Source: Flectonema sp. DT1601 (Eukaryota). From it: a stretch of DNA of 64,000 nt. The notes beneath the pieces were generated by a model that saw nothing but the letters and a program-made list of their open reading frames with translations, ran no database searches and was not told the DNA's origin. Positions 22,640 through 35,005 of the stretch are shown here, in pieces. Where the stretch lies: contig OZ025784.1 in the NCBI GenBank assembly GCA_964019425.1, positions 1,178,001 to 1,242,000 of the forward strand. The letters are read 5' to 3'. The position numbers were made by a program, and so were the translations under genes. Numbering within the stretch: the first letter of the stretch is position 1; every line of letters starts with the position of its first letter.

Positions 22640-25375
22640 CTAGAATAACTGAGGGGCATGTGACTTTATTCTTTCAGTTTGATCGCAAGAAAGAAGTTCA
22701 GCAGGTGGCTTATCATGTATTGCAGAAGCAGCAATAAGAATCGATCTCTCAACCTTTTCAATTGGGTTAACGTTGTTTTCAATGACTGTATCCATTACAT
22801 TCTTATCAAAGCAATGAGTAGACGCTACGATGACATGTAATTCAGCATCTGGGACATCCATCGCACCACTTCTTGTTAAAGAGTCTAAGAGGTCGAACGC
22901 TTTATTGCGTTCAGACTTTTGGTCATCATCGTGAAGAACGGATTCAGTTGGTTTACTAAGAAGACCTTTCAGAGATTTCTTTATCCAAGTCTCACCAGTC
23001 TTTATAATAGTTGGTCGGAGTGAATCATCCGAGTCGAGAGCTTCAAACTTTGATTCTAAGATGTCAGGGAGTGCACTGATGTCCCGAACTAGTTGTCCGT
23101 CAGAAGTCTTTGGTGGGGTAGTCTTGCACGTCTCACGAGGTTGTTCAGGCTCTGAGGGTGGAGCTGGTGCTGATGATGGTAATGTTGACATCATTGGTGC
23201 AGCTGCTGATGAAAATCCCATTGGTGTAGCTACTGATGAAAATCCCATTGGTGTAGCTGCTGATGAAAATCCAAACGCCTGACCCGTACACCCCTGTGGT
23301 GATGCAAACGGCCCTCCACCCGATGCAGCAGCTGTAAAGAACATGTCTGCGGATTGTGGTTGTTCGCTTGACCAACCCCCTCCGCTGCATGGATCTACTC
23401 CAAAAGATTGAATAGCTGACTGTTTTGCAATTTCTGCTTTCCTCTTCTCCTCTTCCAGTTCTTCTTCTTTCGAAGTTTTTATTATTTCCTTCATCGCTGC
23501 GACATGCGACCTCACTTGATCTACTTTCACTTTTGTGCTGATTTCATCGGAGTCTTCACAGTCGTCACATTGAAAGGACAATAAGTCACTAGATATTTGA
23601 TACGTCGAAAACAATTCTAATAAGTCTTGGCTCAACCTAATCTCTTTAGTCAGAGAATCGCTAGGCAGGTTTAAAACCCTTTCAAGCTGAGGTTTTATTT
23701 GAATAACGCACAACCCAAACAGAGTAGCTTCAAGTTGCATGCTGCGATATGATTTTGCAAATCGCTGTTGTTCTGGACTGAGTGATTCAATGCTTGATTT
23801 AAACTGCTTAGGAGATGGTACTTCTTCTAGCAGTAGTGGGATTTTCAAATCGTCTTTGTTTTTAATCACTAATGCGTGTTTTGGTAAGAACAAGTCAGGT
23901 CCACCAATCTGACCAAGCAATACCACGTAACAACTAAACTGACGAGCGTTGGCTACCAAATTAAAACTATTACCGAAAGATGAGAATCTGTGATTAATAA
24001 GAGAATGGATATACTTATCTCCCGAAAATCTTATTGCCGTGGAAGCATTGAGAGCGAATTTCATTGGTTGGGAATTATCGAGTTTTTTAACAATACTGAG
24101 GACAGGTTCATCGATCTCACCTGGCTCGTTATTTACTTGTTCGATACCAAAGAATCCCTCAGGATTGTGACCAGACACTCTAACTGCGTATGAAAGTTTC
24201 TTAGGTTGATATTCCTCTGAAAATATCTTGCGACTATGAAAGCCCATATACATGCTAAAGTCTGTTGCTGTTACTTCTTTACCAAGAGCCGTAACTAATT
24301 GTTGTCTTAAGAGGTTCTCAATATAATTAACTCCCGAGAGATACGCATCACTGATACTGATATTATGTAAATTTATCACACGAAGAGAAGCAATGTACTT
24401 CGCTGTTAAACCGTTTTCAGGAAACCTCTTCTCGATTTCACCGATTTTCTCAGACAATGAACGTTGCTGTTCATCCAGGAACAATTGTAAATCAGAAGGA
24501 GGAAGTGCTGTTGAAGGATCTGTTTTTGTCTCTTGAAGACGAGGGACGTCGCTGTTGATTTCTTCAAGCAGAGGAACAATTGGAATAAATACGTCAACAG
24601 CAGATATCATCTGCATATCAACAGGGTTTTCCTGTTCCATAACCATCCACCCTTTTAGAATATCATCTACTTCTCTACTCCAAACATCAAGCTCATTGAA
24701 GAATGAAATTGCTTTCTCAACATCTGGATTGCGACGAGGGGTGTGGCATGTGCTTGCATTTCTGTTTATTGTAAAGTCAACTTTTGCTTCCTCCGTAAGG
24801 AGGTTAATAATCCAGGTAAGGGGCAGCTTTAAAACTGGATGAGAAGTGTTAGCATAAGGTGGTGATTCGCTTCTCGTTTTTAAAGTCGTCGACAACTTGC
24901 GAGACGTAAGTTCAACGCAATCCGTTGGATCGCTACCAAAATATATTAAAAACCCGAACTCGATTTCCTGATTCCAGAAGTACTCCGTAACTTTTGTTAT
25001 CGTCTTACTCGTTGATTTTAGATTCATTGCTCCTGAAACTTCAGTGACGTGTTTTGGTCCTTCAATCTCTCGTTCTTCTCGCTTTATAAAGCTGCAGCTG
25101 CTTTCTGACTTGAATTGAAGAGTGACTGCTTTAGTACCGGATCTTTTAGTTACCTCAAGTAACTTATCTGTGGTCAGTCCTGCTATCTTCAAACTGGTTA
25201 AAACTGAAGCAGATGCTGCTGCAGTTAGAAATTCAGCTATTTGATATTTATCGTTGTATTTGTGATGAACATCTCCTGCGAGTTGCGGGTTTCTGTTCAC
25301 ATCCAACACTCTCGCCACTGTCTTTAGTCCACTGTCGAGTTTCTTTTTAAATATTTCCATTTGAAAAGAAGTCAT
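22640..25375 (-). CDS. Hypothetical protein (911 aa), no recognisable domain; internal 3 x 27-bp repeat (FSSxAxPMG)
   Basis: Long uninterrupted ORF with globular composition and a short coiled-coil/low-complexity segment near the C-terminus. Confidence 0.85.
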   Translation of the reverse strand: MTSFQMEIFKKKLDSGLKTVARVLDVNRNPQLAGDVHHKYNDKYQIAEFLTAAASASVLTSLKIAGLTTDKLLEVTKRSGTKAVTLQFKSESSCSFIKREEREIEGPKHVTEVSGAMNLKSTSKTITKVTEYFWNQEIEFGFLIYFGSDPTDCVELTSRKLSTTLKTRSESPPYANTSHPVLKLPLTWIINLLTEEAKVDFTINRNASTCHTPRRNPDVEKAISFFNELDVWSREVDDILKGWMVMEQENPVDMQMISAVDVFIPIVPLLEEINSDVPRLQETKTDPSTALPPSDLQLFLDEQQRSLSEKIGEIEKRFPENGLTAKYIASLRVINLHNISISDAYLSGVNYIENLLRQQLVTALGKEVTATDFSMYMGFHSRKIFSEEYQPKKLSYAVRVSGHNPEGFFGIEQVNNEPGEIDEPVLSIVKKLDNSQPMKFALNASTAIRFSGDKYIHSLINHRFSSFGNSFNLVANARQFSCYVVLLGQIGGPDLFLPKHALVIKNKDDLKIPLLLEEVPSPKQFKSSIESLSPEQQRFAKSYRSMQLEATLFGLCVIQIKPQLERVLNLPSDSLTKEIRLSQDLLELFSTYQISSDLLSFQCDDCEDSDEISTKVKVDQVRSHVAAMKEIIKTSKEEELEEEKRKAEIAKQSAIQSFGVDPCSGGGWSSEQPQSADMFFTAAASGGGPFASPQGCTGQAFGFSSAATPMGFSSVATPMGFSSAAAPMMSTLPSSAPAPPSEPEQPRETCKTTPPKTSDGQLVRDISALPDILESKFEALDSDDSLRPTIIKTGETWIKKSLKGLLSKPTESVLHDDDQKSERNKAFDLLDSLTRSGAMDVPDAELHVIVASTHCFDKNVMDTVIENNVNPIEKVERSILIAASAIHDKPPAELLSCDQTERIKSHAPQLF

Positions 25376-25797
25376 TTTTTTTTTTTTTTTGTGTTTTGAG
25401 TTTTTTGTGAAGATTTTTTAAGCTTTCGAAGAAGGGAAAAGAGAATAAATATTACATCACAGTGCATCATCATTATGTATAATTATATCAAAGGTAGTAT
25501 CTAAGGATGGTGCCTCGTCTTACTCTAATAATCATCATTGATTCGAATGATTCCTGCGAATGAAAAAAAAAAAAAACTAACAAGGGAATATTAACTAAAG
25601 AACAAAGTACTCTCGCAGTCAAACGACAACGAAGAAGGTAATGAGAGATGGCGAGAAGGCAAGTCCCGGTAAGACGAGATAGAATGAGAAAGGTTGTTTA
25701 AAATTAATCTAATAAGCTGGAAGGAATACACTGCGTGCAAGAACTCTATATTTTTATTTTATTTTTAACTTCATAAAAGACACATGTGTAAGTTGCA

Positions 25798-26688
25798 TCA
25801 AAGAGCAGGGGTTGGTCCTTGATAAACAGGACCACCAAGACGACGACTTGTTCTCATCGCTTTTCGTTGTTTTTTTCTTTCTTTACAATATTTGATATAA
25901 AGATTAGAGTCTTCCTCACACTCCCAAACGTGTTGGAGATTCTCATGCCCATGTCGGGTCACTAAACTTAAAATATTTGCCTCCTGAGAAAAGTAGTGTT
26001 CGGGAACTACATCTGAAGGACGAAGCTTATATCGAATGATCAGCGATTCCAGTCGAGCTCTCTGCAAACCTAATGGAAGCTTTGGTGACCTAGTGTCGTA
26101 TTTCTCAGTCACTGCTCTCAGTAACTGTAATCCATGAGGGTGGGCAGTTGATAATAGTCGAGGGATGTCAGAATTCTTTGAAGGGTTCCATCTGTTGTAT
26201 AAAACTTTTAAATAGTCTTCAGCAGTGTACTCGAAGGTATTCGGAGGCGTAGTTTGTTTACCAACTTGGTGTTCCAATCTTAAGAACAACCACTCCTCTT
26301 CACCTGAAACAAGTAGTTCTCGTACTTGACTGAGAGTGAGTCCAAGGATGTCTTCAGCATTTGGATGTGATTTAAAATAGTATTCAAGTCTTTTCTGATG
26401 ATCTGTTGGATATTCCCAAGTGTCTCTTATCCATAATGGTCCCCACATTTGTTCAACAAACCGAACAGCTTGGGGAATGTAATTAGAGTGATGTTTCTTA
26501 AGTTCGGAAACATATTCATCGCAGTATTCTGGGTCTCGCACTCGCAATACCTTTTCGATTTCTTTCAACATATCATCGTTGCTTTTTGGGTGTTGAGATA
26601 TTACTGGAGGGTGTCTCTTGTGGAATTCTCTTTTCCAAGATTTCATTTCGTCTTGGGTAGTTCGAATAGTCCTAATCTGATTTTCCAT
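25798..26688 (-). CDS. Hypothetical protein (296 aa) with degenerate helical repeats (Y..xNPxK...I..LL....L...V..KY type)
   Basis: Intact ATG ORF on the cluster strand. The repeat resemblance is by eye only. Confidence 0.7.
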   Translation of the reverse strand: MENQIRTIRTTQDEMKSWKREFHKRHPPVISQHPKSNDDMLKEIEKVLRVRDPEYCDEYVSELKKHHSNYIPQAVRFVEQMWGPLWIRDTWEYPTDHQKRLEYYFKSHPNAEDILGLTLSQVRELLVSGEEEWLFLRLEHQVGKQTTPPNTFEYTAEDYLKVLYNRWNPSKNSDIPRLLSTAHPHGLQLLRAVTEKYDTRSPKLPLGLQRARLESLIIRYKLRPSDVVPEHYFSQEANILSLVTRHGHENLQHVWECEEDSNLYIKYCKERKKQRKAMRTSRRLGGPVYQGPTPAL

Positions 26689-27219
26689 CTTTCTGTATGT
26701 GAGATAATAGTGTTTAAATAATAACAGTTCGGTTTATATAGTTGGTTGTTTTTCCTGTAGTAAAAATATGTAATAAAAAAAGACAGCTGTATTTAGGCAC
26801 AATGAGTGTCTTTACTAAGAGCGCTCTCAAACAAACAAGGGAAAAATAAAAATCATCCGTTTTTTTTTTTTTTTTTCAATTTTTTTTTTTTACTTCTTTT
26901 TATTCTGTCCCTTTCATAAAGGTGTTTTACTGTGTCTTTTTATTTTTTATTTATTTATTTTTTTTTTTTTTTTTCCCCTTTTCTTCCCATTTTTGCTATT
27001 TTATTGTAATTTATTTATAGTTAAATCTCAAACTAGTTGATTATTTAATTTAAAAACAACTGGAATTCAAACATGGATGCTGTAGGACTTTGCAAAGTAA
27101 ATAGACAGCCTACTTTTTTGACAAAAAAAAAACTGACCTACCTCCGTCTGTGAAGCCACTACTGTATTATTGACCATACAGGAAAGGACAACTACGAAAT
27201 TCGCGGTGGGGAAAAGGAG

Positions 27220-27253
<34 letters not shown>

Positions 27254-27779
27254 ACACACACTATTGATATCTGTGTTTGCAATCGTAAGCCAACCTAAAT
27301 TGAAAGAGCAATAGAAGGCTTCAGGTACTATAAACTTCTTTCTTGCCAGTACAAGTACTTTGTAAAGTGCAGAAAAGAAAAAAGTAAAACTGTGCGTCAA
27401 ACACGAAAAGCCAGTTTTCTGAGAGAGAGGCTTACATGTCGTCAACAATCTTTTTTTGCTTGTTAGGTGCAAAAAAAAAAAAAAGAAAAAAAAAACAGAA
27501 AACAGAAATAAATAAAAGCGGATATCAACAAAGGGCGACCAACAACGCATCGGGGCTTCGAATAGAGAAAGGGATGGGCAACAAAATTGTGTATTTTTTT
27601 TTTTTTTTTTTTTTTTTTTCTCCCCATTTATTTTTGTTTTCTACTTCACTACTGTCAATTGTTCTTTCAAAAATCGCAACCACAACCGATCGGGGTGTTC
27701 GTTTTCCTATTGATTCTGGTTCTTTCTTTTTTGTTTCTTCTTTATTTTTCTGTTCTACTTCTCACGAGTTTCCTTTTCA

Positions 27780-27812
<33 letters not shown>

Positions 27813-29321
27813 TTTTTTTTTTTTTTTTTTTTTTTCCCAATAGAAATTCTTTTTTTTTCCCACTATATCAAGCAACAATCAGAGAGCAGATAAGCACTCA
27901 TCTATTCAAGTCTGCCAGCCGAAATTGCAAGGCGAAAGTATGGGACCGAGCGCGTGAAGAGAAGACATAAGTCATGCGCCGCATGAAAAAAAAGAACAAA
28001 CAAAGAACAAAAAAAAAAAAAAAAAAAAAAAAAGAACAAAAGAATAAAAGAAAAATTGTCGAAGAACACGTGTTTTTTTTTTTTTTTTTTTTTTTGTTCG
28101 TTCTTTGCTACAAGGGAGTGAACTCCAATAGAATACCACGGGGAAGAAACAAATAAAAAAATAAAATAAAAAAAACTGGCAAAAAAAAAAAAAAAAAAAA
28201 GCATAAAATTCAACGTGAAAATGAACTGGGGATTTGGAAGAAATCATCAAAAAGTCGATAGCGTGACTCCATACTATGTAAGGACATTAGAGCAGAGGTA
28301 ACCTCACTCAATTCATCAACCGCTCAATGCCGTCAGTATAATAATATCGTACAACACTATCGGTTATAGCACAAGGGATTTTTTAAATTTTTTAAATATT
28401 TTTTTTTTTTTTTGTTGCTATTAAAGAAAGGAAAAAGAACAAACAAACAAAAAGAGGGCAAACCACAGTAAAGCTCTTGTCACCATTTACTTGACTTTGA
28501 ATTTCTTAAAGAAGTTGAGATTCCTCATCAGCAACACCCCTGAAGCTCATCTATCCCAACGTACTTTAAAAAGTACCCCGAGAAGATAAAGTTACATAAG
28601 AAAAGAGAAAGGCTGCATCACGACATCATAACGATAGGGGGAAGTACAGGGGGAAAGAATGAATGCACGGCTTCATGTACACAGATATATCACTGTTTTT
28701 ACAGAGAGAACCACACGTTGACAACAGACCTTTCTTTTTTTTTATTTTTTTTTTTTATATTTTTTCACGCATCGTGCTACTGCTATTTTCTTCTTCCTTG
28801 TGAATTTATCCCTCCTTTTTTTTTTTTTTTTTCTTTCTTTCTTTCTTTCCGTACACACGAATTATACTTTCCAGTACTCAATCATTGCACAATGAGTCAA
28901 AAAAAAATTCAAAAAAAAAAAAAAAAAAAAAAGACGTGTGAAGGAAAAGCGGTACCGCAGTAATCCGTGACTAACTTACCCAACTAATAATTATCAAAAT
29001 TGGGAATCAAAAAGTTGTTCCACCGTTTCGAGTTTGGTTTTTTTTTTTTTTTTTTTTGTGACAGAAGTACCAGAGGGCAGAGAGAAGAATACGATTGGTC
29101 AGCTTACATGTAAGATTTTTTTTTTTTTTTTTTTTTAATTTTTTTTTAATTTTTTTTTTTTTTTTGGAAACTGACTTACTATCAGGAATAAAGGAACAAT
29201 AATATGCTTCTGTTGGTCCATCTGTTGGCTGCTGGAAGTACTACTTTTCAGTTTGAGCAATCACTTAGCTTTTGTTTTATTTTTACAGGTAAAAAAATTG
29301 TGTGTGTGTTGGGTGGACGGG

Positions 29322-29352
<31 letters not shown>

Positions 29353-29638
29353 GCACCGATATTAACATCTGTATATAAAAGTAAAAGTTACTTATTAATC
29401 AGATTTTTTTTTTTTTTTTTTTGAAGGATGATGGCAGAGCTGTTTTCACAAGACCCATATACAATAATCGGAAAATTCACACGTTTTTTGTGTTTTTTAT
29501 TTTTTTGTTTCTAAAAAAAGTTTTTTTCTTTTTTTTTTTCTTCTTTTAATTTCTTGTTTTTTTTTTTTTCCTGTTTAATATGGTTTCCTCCCCGATCGGA
29601 ATCCAACCATCATGCACTGTACGCATGACTTATGGGGT

Positions 29639-29670
<32 letters not shown>

Positions 29671-29671
<1 letters not shown>

Positions 29672-31377
29672 CATTCCGCTGAATTCATGTCGTTTTCCTT
29701 ATCTGCCGGATCAAGCTTGGTACCGTGCAGGTCAAACTCATACTGAATTAGTTGCTTTCTAAATCCGGTATTCGGATTTACATTTGGTCTTACTTTTTTA
29801 ATCATAACAATCGCCTCTTTGAAAGTCATTCCGTAAATTTTCATCAAATAAGCACACGTGAACGTCACAGAACGTGATAAACCAGCAAAACAGTGAACCA
29901 GAACACGTGCTCTTTCCGTTCGAGCTTTTTCAATGTATTCTACAACCTGATTTTGAATTTTTTTTTTTTTTTTTTAAAACTGGAAATTTGACAACATTAA
30001 ATGAATAACATACCTCATCAAAGACTTGAACCAGACCCTGCTCTGGTATGTCTTCGACATTTAAAATTAGTTGGTTGACACCCTCAGGGATTGGGTCAAT
30101 GACTTCCAGTTGTTTTCCTGCTGTGACTATACGAGTTATGTCAAGTTGCTGAATTTTTTTTTTTTTTTCCATCTCGAGGACATGTTTTACGAGCGAAAGA
30201 GAATTGTGGCAGCGTAACGTTAACACTCTTTTACTTTATACAGGCTTGTTTCCGGTTGCGCACAAACAAAAACAAAGTGTGAGAATTATTTAGTAAAGTG
30301 CCGATTCTTTTTTTAAAAAAAAAAAGAATGAAAAAGAAATAATAATAGTCGATCAAACATACCCTAAAAACCTTCGCACTTTGCGCAGTCCGAACAGATC
30401 CAAGAAAAACGTGATCAAGAACTTGATCTGGGTATACTTTATTCCACATTAACTGAATACCCGGTAGTTTCTCATAAATCATGTTCCATGAATCCTTCAA
30501 AGGAGGACAGTTATCGACAGCTAGCCTACAGCTCACCCAATTAGACAGAGCTTCTATTTCTGGGAATTCTTGAATGCGTTCATTTTCAATAAAATAACAC
30601 CTGTTGATGGGTTGTTGTTATTGCTGTTGTTGGTTTTCCCCTTTTATATCACAATGACACAATACACATACCGTTGAAGATTTTCAATCTTTGTTAAACA
30701 CGTTGGGATACACGGGAGGTTATTGTAGTCGAGGTTGATGCTCCTGTTTTGGGATTTATTTATGTCAGTTTTGTTTTCAAGATTCCAAAAAAAAAAAAAA
30801 AAAAAAAAAAAAATCCATACTGAAGGTGCTTCAGCTTTGATAAGGTATCAGGTAGACAAGTAAGCTTATTTCTGTTTACATCTAAGTGCTGGAGACTGCT
30901 CAGGTCACCTATCTCGGGAGGTAGGGTTGTTAAATCATTTTGACCAAGATTGAGATTAACCAACATTTGTAAGTGGTCAATTCTTGGTGAGATTTCCTTC
31001 AAGCCGTTTAAATGAGCTGTGAGATTAACGAGCCCTCCACATGAAAACAACGCATCCGGAAAAACATCAAATTTATAACAATTTAAAGTAAGATCATCCT
31101 TATTAGATGCTTGTTTGATGACGACCTCAACCTCACCGTCTTGGTGAGATTCCATTATGACCTCTTCTTCTGATCGAAAACTTCTTTTCGGACCACCTCC
31201 TAGTTTGCCTCCTAGCTTGCTTGGTAGCTTTAAAAATTGCTTCTGTGGTGGTGGTTCATCATCTGAGTCATCATCCCCTTCCACAGTTAAGATCGTTTCC
31301 TCATTTAGTTCTGGTATAGCCGGAAGGTACTTCTTTCTCTTTTCTTCCGATGTCAGTTTCACCCGTTCCCCCGACAT
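29671..31377 (-). CDS. LRR-containing dual-specificity phosphatase (LRR-DSP), 5 exons, ~425 aa: join(31377-30821, 30743-30672, 30600-30363, 30148-30014, 29946-29671)
   Basis: LxxLxLxxNxL repeats and catalytic VHCFAGLSRS...AYLM...RPNVNPNTGF motif. Four GT-AG introns (77, 71, 214, 67 nt) restore a frame collinear with the neighbouring paralog. Confidence 0.88.
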
Positions 31378-31467
31378 CTCCCAGCTGTTTTAATGAAAAA
31401 AACAAAAAAATTAAGAAAAATTTTCACATCCTAATTTCAAAAAAAAGATAAATCCATCCATCATCCT

Positions 31468-31613
31468 GTAAAAAAAACCATTCAGATAAGCCTTCTGTAT
31501 TTTGTTGATCGCAGTTAGTTTTACTGGCGCACAGGGAAATAGATAACATGACATAATAAATAACGGCTCTTAATCTGAATAGTTTCTTCTCCGACTTCGT
31601 CAGTGCAAAAAAA
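31468..31613. repeat. Dispersed ~145-bp repeat, copy 1 (inverted relative to 61403-61550)
   Basis: Reverse complement matches 61403-61550 with only a handful of substitutions. Confidence 0.85.
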
Positions 31614-32007
31614 AAAAAACCCAAAAAAAAAAAAAAAAGAATATTAAATCACCATCACAACAGTGTTGTACTCTCATTTGCATTAATAGTTGAAAAACAA
31701 TTTGCAAAAAAAACAAGAGTACTTAAATAGGTTATGTGTAATAAGACCTTCCTAAAAATGTTATCAGCAGAGTGCTGAAAGACACCAAGAATGTGATTAA
31801 CGAAGTTAGAGATTTAAATAGGAATCTTCTACACGTTTGAAGTGAATTCTACTTCGAAACAAAATTTAAAAAAAAAAAAAAACTATTTAAGTTAATAATT
31901 TGAATGAGATGTACAAAGTTCTGGGAACAGAATTTATTCATATCCGAATGTAGCATTGATCTTAACAACTGATAACTACCTGCTTTCTGAGGCAGTGTTG
32001 ACGCCAC

Positions 32008-34813
32008 TTAAGTGGCGTTTGAGTTCATCTGACACTCAATGTCATTTTCGTCTATAGTTGTTCCATAAAGTATCTTTTCGTATTCTATCAGCTGCTTCCT
32101 AAATCCAGTATTCGGATTCACATTTGGTCTTGATTTCTTCACTAGCGTGATCGCTTCTTTAAAAGTCATTCCATACTTCTTCATTAGATAAGCACATGTG
32201 AAAGTTACGGAACGAGATAACCCTGCAAAGCAGTGGACCAGCACACGCTGGCCTTCTATGCGAGCTTTTTCTAAATAAGCGATTACCTGGTTTTGTGTTA
32301 TTAGTTTTTTTTGTCGTGTGCATTTTATTTTAAAAAAAAAAAAAAAAAAAAAATCATACCTCTGAAAAAACATCAGATAATTTTTGCTGTGGAATATCCT
32401 CCACATTCAACTGCAACTGATGAACACCTTCTGGAAGCGGATTAATAATTTCTAATTGTTTTCCAGCAGTAACGATTCTAGTTATATTCAATTCGTTAAA
32501 AACACGAAGACTCTGAGCCGTCCTAAGCGATCCTAGAAACAAATGTTCAATAATTTGATCAGGATAAACCTTATTCCACATCAAGATTACATTCGGCAAA
32601 TCATTAACTATCTGTGCCCATCCAGCCATTAGAGACGGAGTGTTATCGAGTGCAAGTTTACAGTGATTCCATTTTGATATTAATGATTTTTCAGGTAGAG
32701 TATTTATCCTTTGGTTATCTATTAGGAAGCATTTTTCCAAACGAGGAAGCTCCATCAAGCATCTCGGAATTTCAGCCAAGTTATTGTAATCTAAGTTTAT
32801 CGTCAAGAGCTCTTCAAGGTTACAGAAAGTATCAGGAATTGATATTAAAAGATTTCTATTCACATCCAAATGCTGCAACGAACTCAGATCACCCATCTCT
32901 GCGGGTAGCTCAGTCAGTTCATTTTGACCAAGGTTAAGCGTTGTTAGCATCTGTAAATAATCTATTTTCTGTGACATACGTTTCAATCCATTTAAATGAC
33001 ATGTTAACGAAGTTAAGTATCCGCATTCAAATAACTGACTTGGGAAGGTATCGAACTTGCAACAGTTTAACGTCAAGTCTTCGGCATCGCTCTCCTTAGC
33101 AGATTGGATGAGAACCAGAGCGTCGGAATCAGGATTTTCATCTTTTAGGACTTCTTCTTCACTTCTGAATGAACGTTTTGGAATGCCTTGAGATCGAAAT
33201 TCTGGCGGGAATTGTAATATTTCAGATTTTTGTTTCAAGAGAGGTTTATTAGCACTTCCTGATAACAACAAAGGATTAATCTCTAGTTGATTAGCGGTCT
33301 GAGCATCATCAGAATCACATCCCTCTTCCTCTTCTTCAATCAACCCAACGTCAGGTATCAACGTTGAGCTCTTAACTGACAAGGATATTTCTTTATCTTC
33401 TCTAAAACTGAGGGAAGCTCTAGCTCCTTGAATTATCTCTTGTAGAGTTAAGTCTTCTGCTTCAGCATTGCTAGCTGGTGGTTTCTTTATGTTTCGTTTG
33501 CTTGCGAAAGTTTTAAAAGCTCCTTTGACTCTGATCATCACTCCGACAGTGTTCAGTAGTTTTAAACAAATATTTTCTCCTGTCAACATAGCTTGGCGTT
33601 CTTCTTCTGTTGATATGTTTATGTTGAGGTGAGTTTGTAGCTTTGCTTCTGGCAGTGAAGATAAGAACTTGTGAGACAAAACTTCACGAACACCATCATC
33701 GTTACCAAGTCTTTGTTTAATGTCTTTGTGAAGTATCTGTTTAAGAAGTTGGACTAACTCCGAGTCGAGTTCTTCTTCAGAACCTGCATCAGCTTCCCAA
33801 TTTGGTTCACTTTCAGTAATACTTTGGAGTATAGCAGGCCAATCGTGACCTTCAAACGGAAGTCTGGCAAAAGCCATCATATAAACTGACACTCCTAATG
33901 CCCACATATCAGTCATTCTACCAGTAATTGGTTGTTCCATCAGTAATTCAGGAGAGAGAAAAGCAGGTGTTCCGTTAGTGTCGTCAACAGTGGAATCAGC
34001 ACTGGTTTCAACAGAAACACCGAAATCAGTTAATTTAGGTACGCCATCAATATCTAATAAGATGTTAGCAGGTTTGATATCCCTGTGAATGACTCCAACG
34101 TGATGAAGGTAATCAAGACCTTGACAGACTCCAACTAGTATACATTTGAGTTTATTAACAGGGAGGGGTAAACAGTTTGGTTTCAAACAATAACATGGTC
34201 CTCCCTCTAAGTATTCAACAATCAGATATAACTTATTACAAGTAGTGTCGTTTATAACTTCGTATAGTTTGCATATGTTTGGATGATTTACTTTTTTCAT
34301 TATCGCTATTTCATTTAAGTTGTGCAAACCCTGCGATGACTTATCGTCTTGACTGAGTGGTTTTCGTAATGTTTTTGACAGAGTTGCTTTATTCATTATT
34401 TTAATTGCATAGTTTTGTTGGGTTTCATTGTGTACCACAAGCTTGACTTTACCAAAGGCTCCTCGACCTAACTCAGTAATCATAGCATATTTATTTATCA
34501 TTTTATTGCCTTCATCATCTTCACCTTTGTGGACAGTGTCAGTTTCGACAACGTGTGATTTAATTCGAACGTTTCTGTCGGGTTCTTTTCCACTGAAATC
34601 AGGGTGGGTTGCATTGGAATTTTGTGGTGGAAACACGACAGGGAAATCTTTGTTTTCAGATTTTGGAATTTCCATTTCTCGTTGAGCTATTTCAGCCAAT
34701 CCCTTTACAGGGTCTTCAGGCTTCTCTGCTACTAAGGCTTTACACATTTGGTTTAGTAACCATGCTGCTCCACTCTCCTTTAGATAATTCAAGTCTTCTT
34801 CTGTGTACTGCAT
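32008..34813 (-). CDS. Fusion protein: D/D (Dpy-30/RIIa-like) domain + CaMKK-like Ser/Thr kinase + LRR + dual-specificity phosphatase, ~910 aa: join(34813-32360, 32286-32008)
   Basis: Kinase motifs LGRGAFGKV, AIK, HRDIKPANILL, DFG, GTPAFLSPE, DMWALG; LRRs; VHCFAGLSRS. One 73-nt GT-AG intron (32287-32359) joins the two ORF-track segments in frame. Confidence 0.9.
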
Positions 34814-35005
34814 CTCTTGACTGTGAGGAGGTTATTATGATATAAAACTTTAGTAGTTATGTTCTCTATCAGAACTCTGTTAGAAAAGGGTAAGCGACAG
34901 CTACCTCTGTGCCATCTTTTTTTTGACTGTGGTGAGGTAGTTATGATAAAAAAAAAAGAAACTGGCACAAATTAAACTGGTTCATCGAATCTCCGGTGTA
35001 ACATT

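Noticed and set aside
26700..29670. 3-kb gene-free region with several ORF calls
   Set aside because: Homopolymer-dominated; no coherent exons, RNA motifs or repeats found by eye; probably UTR/intergenic.
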